Origin: Octopus sinensis
Lineage: Eukaryota
Length of the DNA stretch: 64,000 nucleotides
Direction: 5' to 3'
NCBI RefSeq assembly: GCF_006345805.1
Contig: NC_043000.1
Coordinates: 125,798,001-125,862,000, forward strand
Made by a program: the position numbers and the translations under genes. A model generated the notes under the pieces. The model was not told the DNA's origin, made no database searches, and saw only the letters and a list, made by a program, of their open reading frames with translations. Below, one piece after another: positions 52,495 through 63,897 of this stretch (positions are counted from its first letter, which is position 1; each line of letters begins with the position of its first letter).

Positions 52495-52640
52495 AATAAT
52501 AGTTATCGCCATACTAATATAGCATTCTTATAAAAATAAGAATAAAGCTGTCTGCTTATTAGCTCCATGAGGCCATAAAGCGGACAGCTTTATTCTTATT
52601 TTTATAAGAATGCCATATTAGTATGGCGATAACTATTATT
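52495..52640. repeat. Near-perfect fold-back (palindromic) element
   Basis: 63-bp arms 52495-52557 and 52578-52640 with 2 mismatches; the 20-nt centre is itself a degenerate palindrome around catg. Confidence 0.9.
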
Positions 52641-52799
52641 TTCCGGGAACGCTGCCGTTGTTCTCTTTTAGAGAGACTTAGTAATTTTAATATTTCTATT
52701 ATTAAAATGGTCAATTATTTCTTTAAACTGGCTCTAGAACCAGCATCTAAATCAGTGGTTCTCAATCATTTTTTTCCCTATGGACCCTTTTGAGTTGCG

Positions 52800-52877
52800 G
52801 TAAATAATATGTACACCACCCGTTTTCAGTGTAACCTTAACCCTAAACCCTGAACACCAAGTGTACATATTCTTTAC
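52800..52877. mobile_element. Mini inverted-repeat element with a telomere-like core, nested in the hAT element
   Basis: 17-bp inverted repeats gtaaataatatgtacac / gtgtacatattctttac (1 mismatch) surround taaccttaaccctaaaccct. The sequence cttttga appears on both sides of the insertion. Confidence 0.55.
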
Positions 52878-52964
52878 TTTCACCCCCTTTTGATTCCTAT
52901 TTTACTCAGGTGGACCCTCATATCCATTCGATGTTTAAAAAATCCTATTATATTTTTAGAATAA

Positions 52965-53127
52965 CCATATTTTAAAGTGTGTAAGGAACCCCCTAATTCT
53001 TTGGGCTTAAAATTTAGAAAAAAAGGTTTCATAAGGGATTATAACACTATCCATGTATAAGAAACTCCCATATTTTTTTAACTTAATTTTTGACAAAAAC
53101 GGGTTCCTTATACATGTTAAAATACGG
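52965..53127. mobile_element. Tc1/pogo-like MITE nested in the hAT element
   Basis: TIRs ccatattttaaagtgtgtaaggaaccc / gggttccttatacatgttaaaatacgg, followed by TA. Confidence 0.7.
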
Positions 53128-53609
53128 TAAATATTATTAGGAATTGTATAAAAAAAGAATTGTTAGAATATTTTATGCACTGCAGGAATATAATCAATAT
53201 ATTGCACATAAATTTTAACTGCAAAATCTTGCATGGACCCCTAAGGGTCATATGAACCCCGTTTGAGAACTACTGATCTAAGATCTTATGTACTTGTACA
53301 ATCGATTATTTTTACCAAGTTGTGCTTTGTGTACATAGTTTGATTCTAAGTAGCTTGGGTGAATTTGTTCATCTCTAGTTGAAACTAAGTTGGTATGACT
53401 TATTGGGTTTATTTTTCTTTTACCTGTTCACAACTTTATTGGCAGGTAAAGGGCTTGACTTGACCTCCCAATTATCTTTCTGGTATACTAGTTCTTCTTT
53501 AAGAAAATCTTTTCATTACTTTTGTTTATTGAATTATATTCTGCAAATGCAGTTCATAATTCTCCATACCTAATTCTCTCTCTCTCTCTCTCTCTCTCCC
53601 TCTCTCTTT

Positions 53610-53651
<42 letters not shown>

Positions 53652-54547
53652 CACACACACATGCACACAATCACACACACCCTTCTCTTTTTACAAATAG
53701 AATCACTTTCAGTTTTCATGGTCTTTCACAAGATAGATCTTCCAATCACCTGTTATAATCGTATATATATTTTTTATTTTTACTACCCTGCAGAAGTGAT
53801 TTTGTAGGCGAGGACTAGCTGGTCAGGCATCTATCATTCTCAATTCTAGGCAAATACATTCAATTCATGTCAGCTCTTGTGTAGTGCCATTATGATTGTT
53901 ATTATTATTATTGATTTTGATGTTATTAAGGTTCTTTTCAACCTCCAGGTCAAGAATTTTATGACCATCAAATAATAAAATATATTTACTGCAACCCAAA
54001 ATAAGTGTGTAAAACACTCCTCTTTAGCCATAAACTTGGGTCAAACTTTCTGCTTCTGAAGTCAAAATCCTTTTCATTTGTTCTTATTTGTTATTCTGCA
54101 GCTCTATAATCAACGCATCATCATCATCATCGTTATCATCACTGCCACCACCACCACCATCTGATTTTATTACATGTATATTTGCCTGTCTCTTCTCTTC
54201 TGACAGACTATTATTGTTGCCATTATAAGACAATTGCTGTCATATCTGTCAGACCGTTATGTGGAACACACTCTGGACTACTGCATGGTTCACTTCCATT
54301 GAAAGCCAGTCAAGCTACATGCAAACTGGACTGATTCTTCTCTTAACTAAAATGTTATTGACTGTTTTACTACGTAACTACAATGGAACTCGTTCGAAAA
54401 TATTTTGAAATGCCTCCATACTTCAGAACAGCAGAGATTTTTCAGTTTTGAAATTCAAGAGTAAGGGATGATGATGATGATGATGATAATAATAATAATA
54501 ATAATAATATGAAAGAAGATACATTGACTTTGACAATATCTTAACTG

Positions 54548-54582
<35 letters not shown>

Positions 54583-55388
54583 ACATATGGCAGGCAAGCC
54601 TTGGAGAAAAGGCTGATTTTAGAGAAGAAGAAGAAAACGAAGAATCTTGACAATTATTTTTATTACATAGCGATGACTTATCTTGTAGTAGAATAACAAT
54701 TAACATATCAAACAGAAGCACGCAATATATATTTATTCGAATGTCAAGAATCTGAAGCTAACAAAGTTTTATCAATAGGCAATGTTAGATGGTTTTGTTT
54801 GTTTTTGATTTATTTATTTTTGTTCTTCGGAACTTTTTTTTTCTTTGAAAATAATATGCGGTGCATGTATAGAAGTAGAAAGTTTATTTTATTTTAGTTT
54901 AGTTTCTTAACATTAACCAATTCATTTGACAAGCGACTTATTTGAATATATACTAAAATAGGTGTGTGTGTGTGCGTGCGTGTGTTGTTTTTGTTTTTTG
55001 CAATACTTGACTCATAAATCTTGTGTTGTCAGCAAACAACATCTTTGACTTAACCTTCAGTTATTCAAAAATACAAACAGACATATTACTACCAAACTAC
55101 CAAACATATATATAGGTATCTTTTCGAGACGTGCATATAATGTAAATTTTTTTTTTTTTTTCTCTGAAATTATTATTCATGCTTAGCATATTTGTATTTT
55201 GCAAATATTTCTCTGTGATATCTAATAGTCATTCTATAACAAAAGCATTTGCCAACCAACTATGCAGTATCTATTTGGTTGTCTGACATCATAGAAATAG
55301 CTGCTGAATTTTCCATAAAAATCATACATTAATATAATAAATGAAGGAACACACTGGATAATGTAGTAGTACTATGTCTGGAAACAAA

Positions 55389-55680
55389 ATCATCATCATC
55401 GTTTAATGTCCGCTTTCCATGCTAGCATGAGTTGGATGATTTGACTGAGGTCTGGCAAACCAGATGGCTGCACCAGACTCCAATCTGATCTGGCAGAGTT
55501 TCTACAGCTGGATGCCCTTCCTAAACGCCAACCACTCTGAGAGTGTAGTGGGTGCTTTTACATGCCACCGGCACGAGGGCTAGTCAGGTGGTACTGGCAA
55601 CAGCCATGCTCAAATGGTGCTTTTTATGTGCCACCTGCACAGGGGCCAGTCCAGCAGCACTGGCAACGACCTTGCTAAGG
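55389..55680 (-). mobile_element. Family C copy (longest in the window)
   Basis: Same block as 14078-14348. Confidence 0.85.
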
Positions 55681-55819
55681 TCGTCATGTTTGGAGCATCT
55701 TTGATCTTAGATTTGCTCAATCAAGCAGGTCTGGTATTTAAACAGCAACACCTTGTTTTAGCTCTTCTTGTTATGTCACTTTCGTTCTTTTATAGCATAA
55801 CATTAAAGATCTGTATGAT

Positions 55820-56224
55820 ATAGGCACAGGATTGGCTGTGTGGTAAGTAGCTTGCTTACCAACCGCATGGTTCCGGGTTCAGTCCCACTGCATGGCACCT
55901 TGGGCAAGTGTCTTCTACTATAGCCTCGGGCCAACCAAAGCCTTGTGAGTGGATTTGGTAGACGGAAACTGAAAGAGCCCATCATATATATGTGTGTTTG
56001 TCCCCCCAACATCACTTGACAACCGATGGTGGTGTGTTTACATCTCTGTAACTTAGCGGTTCAGCAAAAGAGACTGATAGAATAAGTACTAGGCTTCCAA
56101 AGAATAAGTCCTGGGGTCGATTTGCTTGACTAAAGGCAGTTCTCCAGCATGGCCACAGTCAAATGACCCGGAACCATGTGGCTGGTAAGCAAGCTACTTA
56201 CCACACAGCTACTCCTGCGCCTAT
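55820..56224 (+). mobile_element. SINE family A copy terminated by an inverted copy of its own 58-bp head
   Basis: 55820-55877 and 56167-56224 are reverse complements with a few substitutions and no indels. Confidence 0.88.
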
Positions 56225-56260
56225 ACTGTGTATTTTAGTATTTCATTTCATTGTATTATT

Positions 56261-56430
56261 TACTCAACCTGCTAGAAATAGCAGCCAAATCTCCTTCATT
56301 TCCAATCCTACCATCTGAAATAAAGAATGTCACGTTAGATAATATAGTCCTGCATAACTGTAAAAAGACATGAATGTCACAGCTGGAGTGCTTCTAGTCA
56401 TATGTGTGCTCAATCAGCAATATCTCAAGG
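56261..56430 (+). repeat. Unclassified dispersed repeat (family G); related pieces at about 12810-12940(+), 40120-40240(-), 55265-55380(+) and 59870-60035(-)
   Basis: Shared block cctgctagaaatagcagccaaatctcc. Confidence 0.55.
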
Positions 56431-56471
56431 GTGAAAAAAACACTTTATTTTACATTGTTTTACATCTTGTT

Positions 56472-56695
56472 AAGGCAGCGAGCTGGCAGAATCATTAGCA
56501 CGCTGGACAAAAGGCTTAGTGGTATTTCGCCTGTCACTGCATTCTGAGTTCAAATTCTCCCAAAGTCAACTTTGCCTTTCATCCTTTCAGAGTCGATAAA
56601 ATAAGTACCAGTTGAACACTGGTGTCAATGTAATCGACTCATTTCTCATTCCCTTCCCCCAAATTATTGCCCTTGTGGCAAAATTTGAAATCATT
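56472..56695 (+). mobile_element. SINE family D copy
   Basis: aaggcagcgagctggcagaatcattagcacgctggac...actttgcctttcatcctttcagagtcgataaaataagtaccagtt. Confidence 0.88.
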
Positions 56696-58196
56696 ATTTC
56701 ACATCCTGTTATGTTATAGTGGTTGTAATATTTGATTATATTAACTGAATATTTTATATATAAATTCAACCTGACATCATCTTAATGTACATTTATCTGA
56801 TTCATTCACTACATTTAGTCTGATGATATTTAAGAATAAAATAAATAAGATACTGTGGTTCCCTTGACGAAAAAAATTATAATTAGCAATCAAAATTACT
56901 GACCCAAATTAGACCCCCCATCTCTGAGATTGAACACCTATGAAATAGGCCATATGATATTTTAATGAATCATTATGTTTGCATTTTTGTTTTTTGTTTT
57001 TGGTGGAGGTGGAATGGACTATTTAAATATTTAGATTTATTGCTCAATAAAATGATATACTCCTGCCGACAGCTATGAAATTAATAAAATTTAATTATTT
57101 AACATAAAAATCATAAAAATCACTGCATCATTAAAATTTTTGTATGTTGCAAAATATCGAATACATTTCTCTATATAATAGTTATGAACTGTGGAACTTA
57201 TCTGAATTAATGATAGACTTTTACAATTTTAGCACTTGGCTGATGTATTTCCAAAATATACAATTTATTACCCAAAATATATCTCTATCATTAGTGATTA
57301 AATATTGTAAGAATGATTGGAAGTCTGAAATATTAATATAAAAATAATGAGATGCTTTGCTGACAATTTGTGTATTTCTAAAATTTATATTGCTTATGTT
57401 TGCCATCTAAACATGGTAAACTCTTCAGTGTGATATTCAATTATTAAAGCAAACAGTTTCGTTTGGGGAGAGGCCTCTTTGCGACAGCTTCACTTTCTAG
57501 AAAATGGCATCCAAACTGCATGCACTTTTTCTGAGTCAGAGAGAAAGGTTGTGCCCAAGTCCTTTGCATGGCCTCCTAGACCCATGAGACTGATAATGTT
57601 ATTAATGTTTCTTTTGAACTTTTGTAAAGCAAACATCTGCAGAAAACATTATGAGAAGGACTGGCTGTAGTTATTGCACCAGATTAGAGTGGCATGAGCC
57701 TACCCAGATCCAAAGAGCAGAGGCCGTTATAGTAGTAGTAGAGAAGGCAAAGAGAGGAGACAGCATCGCTGTAGACCAGAGGTTGGATCATGTCTGTAAG
57801 TGACTTTATGTCAGTCAGTTGGGCAGCACTTTTCTTAATACAGTCTAGGATGTGACCTTAAGTAAAAAGATGAACACACTAAATAATATAGTCCACACAT
57901 ACAGTGTTTGACAAAGAAATGATGAGATAGTGGTCATGGCTGGAATGCCTCTGATCATATGTCTGCTCAGTCAGGGTTGACCTTGAAAAAACAATGAGCA
58001 AAATTGATGTTTTTGATATGAAGATAAAAGCAATAATATCTTGTAAGAGGGAACTACTGGAGATTTAACCTGTTAGCATTCAAACTAGATACATTCTATC
58101 TATTTTATGTTGAAATTAGTCAGATCTACCCTCTGCCATCTACACTATAATGTCATTCTAAGAATAAATAATTACATTATCAATATCTCAAATCTA

Positions 58197-59217
58197 TTGG
58201 GCCATACCATAAATAATGTGGTATTTTTCAATTGCATGAACTAGAAGTTGGAGGGGAACAGGATAAACTACCTGCATCATCTTGCTATAAAAGCAGGTAG
58301 TAATTTTACCTTGTTCCTATTCTTAGTACAAGTTTTGAAGATTGCAGTTCAGTTTTAACAATATTTTCAAAGCTATAATGGAAGTGACTAAGGAGCATAT
58401 TCGGCTTATTTTGCTTTGAGGTCAATAAATGCAACAATGCAATGGAAAGTGTGAGGAATATTGATGCTGTATATGGGGATTGGACAATAAGCGTAAGCCT
58501 GTGTCAATGGTGGTTCCAGAAATTCTGAGCCGGAAACTGCAGCCTAGAAGACAAAACTCATCCTGGAAGATCTGCAGAGCTTGACAAGGCTGTCCTAGTG
58601 GAACAAAATCCCATTGTAACTGTTGAGGAACTAGCAGAAAAGCTTGGATTTGGTCATTCAACCATTCATCAACACCTGCATGCCATCAGAAAAGTCAGTA
58701 AATTGGGTCAATGGGTTCCTCCCAAACTATCCAAGTGTAATCGCGTGCAGAGAGTGAATGTGTGCTCTTCTTTGCTGTCACATCTTATGAATGAACTCTT
58801 TTTGGACCGAATAGTGACTGGTGGCAAGAAATGGATTCTCTATAAAAATGTCAAGCACCAAAGATAGTGGGTGGGGAAAGAGGGGAAACACCAGCATCCC
58901 AGGCAAAAGAAGGTCTTCACCCATGTAAGGTGTTGTTATCTGGTTGGTGGGATATGGAGGGTTTAGTCCTCTTTGTATTTTTAAACCCAAACCAAACAAT
59001 AACAAAGGAGATCTACTGTGAGCAACTTAAGTCAGCACTAGAAGAAAATCAACCATCTTTGGTTTCAAGACGAAAGGTGTTCTTCTATCAGGATAAAGCT
59101 CAGCCACATCTAGCAAGGATGACATTCCTAAGGCTGGAGCAGTTTGAATGGGAAACGATGCCCCAGATATTGACCCATCTGATAATCATTTATTCCTCAG
59201 TCTTCAAAAAAAGTTGA
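58197..59217 (+). mobile_element. Degenerate mariner (Mos1-like, DD34D) element, 3'-truncated
   Basis: TA plus a TIR-like start ttgggccataccataaataatg. A broken transposase starts at ATG 58378 (MEVTKEHIR) and contains WVPPKL, IVTGGKKWILYKN, FYQDKAQPH and PDIDPSDNHLF, matching mariner WVPHEL, TGDEKW, HDNA.PH and YSPDLAPSDYHLF. There are several stops and frameshifts; no 3' TIR was seen. Confidence 0.92.
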
Positions 59218-59406
59218 CAGAATTTTGATAAAAAATCCTTTTATTTCTTCATTATTATTAGCACTTTTCTTCCTTTGTAGAATTTGTCAAATAAGGAATG
59301 AAAGCACTAATAATAATGAAGAAATAAAAGAATTTTTTTCCAAAATTCTAAAGAATTTTTTTTTCTCAATATTCAATTTCTGTACATCATACCTATCTCT
59401 CTCTCT

Positions 59407-59439
<33 letters not shown>

Positions 59440-59440
<1 letters not shown>

Positions 59441-59756
59441 ATTAGCAACTGGGAAGCAGTTGCCAGCAACCATTGAGATTGGCGACTACCGTAAAAGAGG
59501 GAATACAAAGGAGTGACAGAGAGAGAGAGAGGGGAGAAATGGAAAGACAAGAAAAGACGTCAACAAGAAAGTATGACATTACAACCAGCCAGGAACAGTC
59601 TTCGCTACATTTGCGGAACCTGCCAGAGGGAGTGTTTGTCCAGGATAGGACTACACAGCAACAGCAGGAAATGTATTAGGACATGATATGTAAAAGCCGG
59701 ACTAGATATTTTATGCGCAACTCCATTGTCTCCCGAGACAAAAAGGATGCCAACAA

Positions 59757-59760
<4 letters not shown>
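59440..59760 (+). mobile_element. RTE-clade LINE 3' fragment
   Basis: A frameshifted ORF end reads WEAVASNH.DW..TVKEGIQR..KWKDKKRRQQ..YICGTCQRECLSRIGLHSNSRKC* (RTE C-terminal zinc-finger-like C..C.R.C.SRIGL.S). The 3' UTR tccattgtctcccgagacaaaaaggatgcc follows. Confidence 0.8.
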
Positions 59761-59822
<62 letters not shown>

Positions 59823-60857
59823 ATATATATACATACATATATATATATAATAGATTTATTAGTTGTTTAATCTCAGGTCAGCCTTTGATTGAGCAAACTG
59901 CTTATGATGAAAGGCACTCTGGCCATGAGCATCCCTGTTCTTAGGTGGCATCTAAGACTATCATTTATGTCCTACCTGTTTAAGCTGATGGTGTGGTATG
60001 ACTTGAAGGAGGTATGGTTGCTATTTCTGGCAAGTTTGAGTTTCCATATTGATACTCCATTGTTGGCTGGAGAAGAAACAGCTATGTTCTGCTTTACTGC
60101 AGTTATTTTGGGGTTTTTTGTGCACTTTATGCAGTCCTGAATTAGTTGAGTGACAAAGTGATGGTGCTGTAGAATTTAGATATGTTTCTAGTCTGATGTG
60201 ACCGTGCTGTTATTATTTTGCTTGTATGTTTAAGGAAGGTAAGGTGGTTAGAGAAAGAGTGTGTGTGTGTGAGTATGCTAATAGCAACCTAGCTCACTTG
60301 TATATTTTATACTTCAGATATCAAATATAAGTTAAAGGTTCTAAGAATTAAAGTGATATTTTTGACTTGTTTCCCTTTAAGTAGTTATTGTAACCCATAA
60401 GGTGTAATTCTACAACCTTCTGGATATAGATCAGCTGGTTCTTTTCACAAGAGCAATCAAGAAGATAATTTAATTATTTATGAATTTAGTTTGAAATTGG
60501 GAAAATAAAGTTTGAGTTAATGAACTTGGACATGGCTAGGGTTTTTATTATGTCTAGGAAATGACTGTACTTGATATTTATGAATAAACTGTGCAGTAAA
60601 AAAAATCTATTTTGTTTTGAATATATGGATTAGAGGTTAGTTATTTCACATAGACTGGCAAGTGTGACCAACATAGAATTTGAGATCATCGATTAATGTC
60701 TAACCAGTATTAGATTTATCATTAATCAAAATATGCACATACTTAATGCTTCAAAGGAAGCAGGCACCACAGAAATGGTAAATGGCTTACAGCACAAAAG
60801 AAATCACTTTAAACTTGCAAATACAATATTCTACTAAGTATAGAAGAGGATGTATTA

Positions 60858-61512
60858 CAGGGTAACCCCCCAAAACAGAACGCATAAAATTTTATCAAAC
60901 CCTGCAAACTTTGGCCTGTGTATAATCATTCCCTTTGCATAAAAGTCATGTTCTTTTCAAAATATGCTCTAAATGGCCTCCGCGGCATTGGAGGCACACT
61001 TGCATACATAATAATAAAAGCTCAATAGGGTCTTTTCGTCCCTTTAAATAATTAAAGCTTTTTCACTATAAAAATTAATTTCTAATAAATAAAATAGAGA
61101 CAGTTAAATTTTCGTCAAACCATTCATTGCAAAATTATCAATTACTTGAACACATTCCTCTTTGGAGATTTCCCTGATTTCTGCTGTGATTGCTGCCTTC
61201 AGTTCACCAATCGTTTGAGGGTTATTCTGGTAAACATTATCCTTGAGATACCCCCACAGATAAAACTCTGGGAGGGGTCAAGTCCAGTGACTGTGGTGCC
61301 CACTCAACACCACACTTCCTGCTGATCAGTTTCTCCTGAAATCGCCCTCTCAGCCAGAGTCATGTGATGCGTGGTGGGTGGCCCCGTCTTGCTGGAATCA
61401 CTGTTCATCTCAATCTATCCCACTGCATCCTCCCAGTGATGCCCAGAACGTCTTCAGCACTTCCACATATTGCTCCATATTTGTGGGTTCTGTTTTTTGG
61501 TGGGGCACCCAA
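60858..61512 (-). mobile_element. Internally deleted Tc1/mariner-superfamily element (rosa/DD41D- or maT/DD37D-like), TA-flanked
   Basis: Imperfect TIRs cagggtaaccccccaaaacagaac / gttctgttttttggtggggcacccaa, with TA on both sides. The minus strand encodes FQQDGATHH..LISRKCGVEWAPQSLDLTPP.FYLWGYLKDNVYQNNPQTIGELKAAITAEIREISKEECVQVIDNFA..MQVCLQCRGGHLEHILKRT*, with frameshifts. The D-D spacing cannot be fixed because of a small deletion. Confidence 0.88.
61005..61128 (-). pseudogene. NUMT: fragment of the mitochondrial 16S (rrnL) rRNA gene
   Basis: The minus strand reads aatgaatggtttgacgaaaatttaactgtctc...tagtgaaaaagc...gggacgaaaagaccctattgagctt. These are the conserved metazoan mt-16S blocks GAATGG.TTGACGA, GTGAAAAAGC and GACGA.AAGACCCT.TTGAGCTT. 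Confidence 0.87.
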
Positions 61513-62249
61513 TACATAAGATTAATTTTGAGGATCTGAACAGAAACTTTGCAATTAAAAAATGTTGTACAAAACTTCTCATATACAAAAAAGGTGGAAG
61601 TATAAAAAAATAAATATTTTCCAAAATGTCAGTTTATTCTATGGTTTATTAATGTTTATGTTTTGAATACATATATATGGGGGCACAAAAATCTTTTTAA
61701 GTGCTATGGGTCTTAGTCCAGCCCTGTGTCTAACAATTCTTTAATAATTAAATGAACAGCATGCTCTGTATTTGATAGCATAAAAGACAGACATACCAGT
61801 GTATTAGCTGTATTTCAATATTGGCAACACATATTCAGGAAAAAATATGTAATGCAATGAAGGATATAATATAGGTCCTGAGGTGACTTTGTTTTAAGCA
61901 TATTTTTAGCAAAAGAAGTGCATCTTAGGTGCCATCAAATACAGTATTTTTATTTACACTGCTTCAATAGGTACATTTTATGACTTAACCTTTAGCATGC
62001 TGTAGGAGCATCATGTCACCATACAAGGTTTCTCTCTTCTCAATGTGACGCATTGCACCTGAAGCTGCAGGGGAGAAAACTCATATAGTGACATGATGTG
62101 CCTAAGCATGCTAAAGGTTAAATATACACAATACTTGCCTTCCACCTTTGTGAGAGGATGTTACCTATGTATCTACTACTACACCTGTTCCTCTGAACTA
62201 TCAAGCTGTATCCCACTTCTACTTAAATCCACTTTGAATTTTGTTTTGT

Positions 62250-62480
62250 TTCTCAGTAGGGTCATTATGCCAGTAATAAACACATGCACTGGTTCTATTT
62301 CACTTTTATTATTATTATTAGTCAATTTGTTAACATTTAACCAATTAACTCCTGTCACTCAATTAGATAAGTTTGTTAAAGACCTTTTGTCACCATTTGC
62401 AACCTCATCACTGACATGCTCTCTCTCTACTCCAGGTCAGTTTTCATGTCTGTCAGATTCCACACTATACAGCTCTCTAA
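62250..62480 (-). mobile_element. Possible Helitron/Helentron helicase remnant
   Basis: Minus strand reads HVSDEVANGDKRSLTNLSN*VTGVNWLNVNKLTNNNNKSEIEPVHVFITG. This resembles the segment just before the Walker A motif (P.H.FITGGAG.GKS) of Helitron PIF1-type helicases, but the GKS is absent. Confidence 0.35.
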
Positions 62481-63374
62481 TCTGTCTTACCTAAAATCTC
62501 TCTCTTTCTCATTCCTAGTCACTGTTTATAGGCAGGTATTAATCTACAGTAGTTGTTCAAGTTGAACATAAACTTCATCAGCCTGGGGAGTTTGTAAGGG
62601 TCATGGACACCCTCCTCCTCTCTTTTGTAACTAAATTTTTAAAATTTAAAATCAAATGTTAAATTTGCCTTTAAAATGATAGTGATGATAGTGATCATGA
62701 GTCTTTTAGCATTCCAATGCATATATTCTTCTTTTTTAATATTTTTTCTAATTAAACGGTTTTAAGATCATAACAAGAAAGTAACATTTGTGTATTAATT
62801 CTAATTATGCACCAGCCTCAACTTGTTAACTTTTTTTTTATAACCTGCTAATCAGTGCAAAACTCAAGCTGGACATATTAGGATATGAAGAGAAGTTCTT
62901 GCTTTATTCTCAGTCCCGAGTGACTGACTAGAATGAATGTTCTCTGCTGTTAATATTCCTCTATTTTCTCTGTTCTTTGCTCAGTTATTACTTTACTAAT
63001 TCCGATCATAGAAAAAAAATCAAATGTCTTATGTAATTATAAAAAAACTGTGTTGGCTGTAAGAATCAAATTATTTTGTTCTGTACTTTTATAATCAAGT
63101 GACTGGATAAGCCTAATCATGCAACTAGCCATGAAATAAAATTGATTTCTTTTGTCAGCGCAAAAAGATCTGGTCTTCTGTTTCTGTTCTGTGAGAATAA
63201 CAACTAGAATGTTATTTCATTCATGCTTTTCCATAAAGCATGTCAACATGAATCAAATAACTTTTACCAAGAAATTACAACTTTGTCTACACCATACTCT
63301 GAATTATCCAGGAACATGATCTGAAATTGTACGGGTCAATAAAAAAAAAAGTTAGCTAAAGGAAATAAACAGTC

Positions 63375-63750
63375 ATCCATCCATCCATTTTCTCTACCCA
63401 CTATTCTTGGAAATGTCATGGGAGTAGAGTCCTTGGGCACTTTTTCTGCATGGCCCTACCAGAAGGAACTGTCATTACACTTTTCAACTGGATTTCCAAG
63501 CGTAACCAACCGAGACTATGGATATTATCCAGCCATCTCATTCTTGGTCAACCCTAGGCCTCCTGCCAGCTGGCTTGGTTTGAAGAATCCATTTACTAAT
63601 TCTCTCCTGCAACATACTGACCACATATCTCCAGTACTGGATTTGTGGTCCCTGAATGCAAAGTAGCAGCAGTTTGACCTGGAGAGGCACTCTGATCTTT
63701 GAACTATGCCTCTGTGAATTAACACTATTCCAGAGATCCACTTGTATTCA
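63375..63750 (-). mobile_element. RTE-clade LINE 3' fragment
   Basis: With one frameshift, the minus strand gives QYWRYVVSMLQERISKWILQTKPAGRRPRG.PRMRWLDNIHSLGWLRLEI (RTE GRRPRGRPR.RW.D motif). A (tgga)n tail lies at about 63375-63390. Confidence 0.7.
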
Positions 63751-63897
63751 TGATCACATACTTTTGGTAATTATCTCATTACCACAGGTGAGGATAGGTA
63801 AAAAGAGTTTGTCTTTTTTTTGCTCCTCTTTTGAGGATCAAACTTTAAAGCTGGCACATCACTTTAAATTCTATTTCTTTTTTTAATTATTTTCCAG

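Larger units (their letters stand above)
52753..53275. mobile_element. hAT-type non-autonomous element (MITE) carrying two nested insertions
   Basis: TIRs cagtggttctcaa / ttgagaactactg. Flanking 8-mers atctaaat / atctaaga match at 6 of 8 positions, consistent with a decayed 8-bp hAT TSD. Confidence 0.8.
43072..63897 (+). other. 20,826-nt phase-2 GT-AG intron of the KIF13-like gene
   Basis: GTAAGT donor and CAG acceptor join two exons that are contiguous in kinesin-3 proteins. No intervening kinesin coding sequence was seen. Confidence 0.9.
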
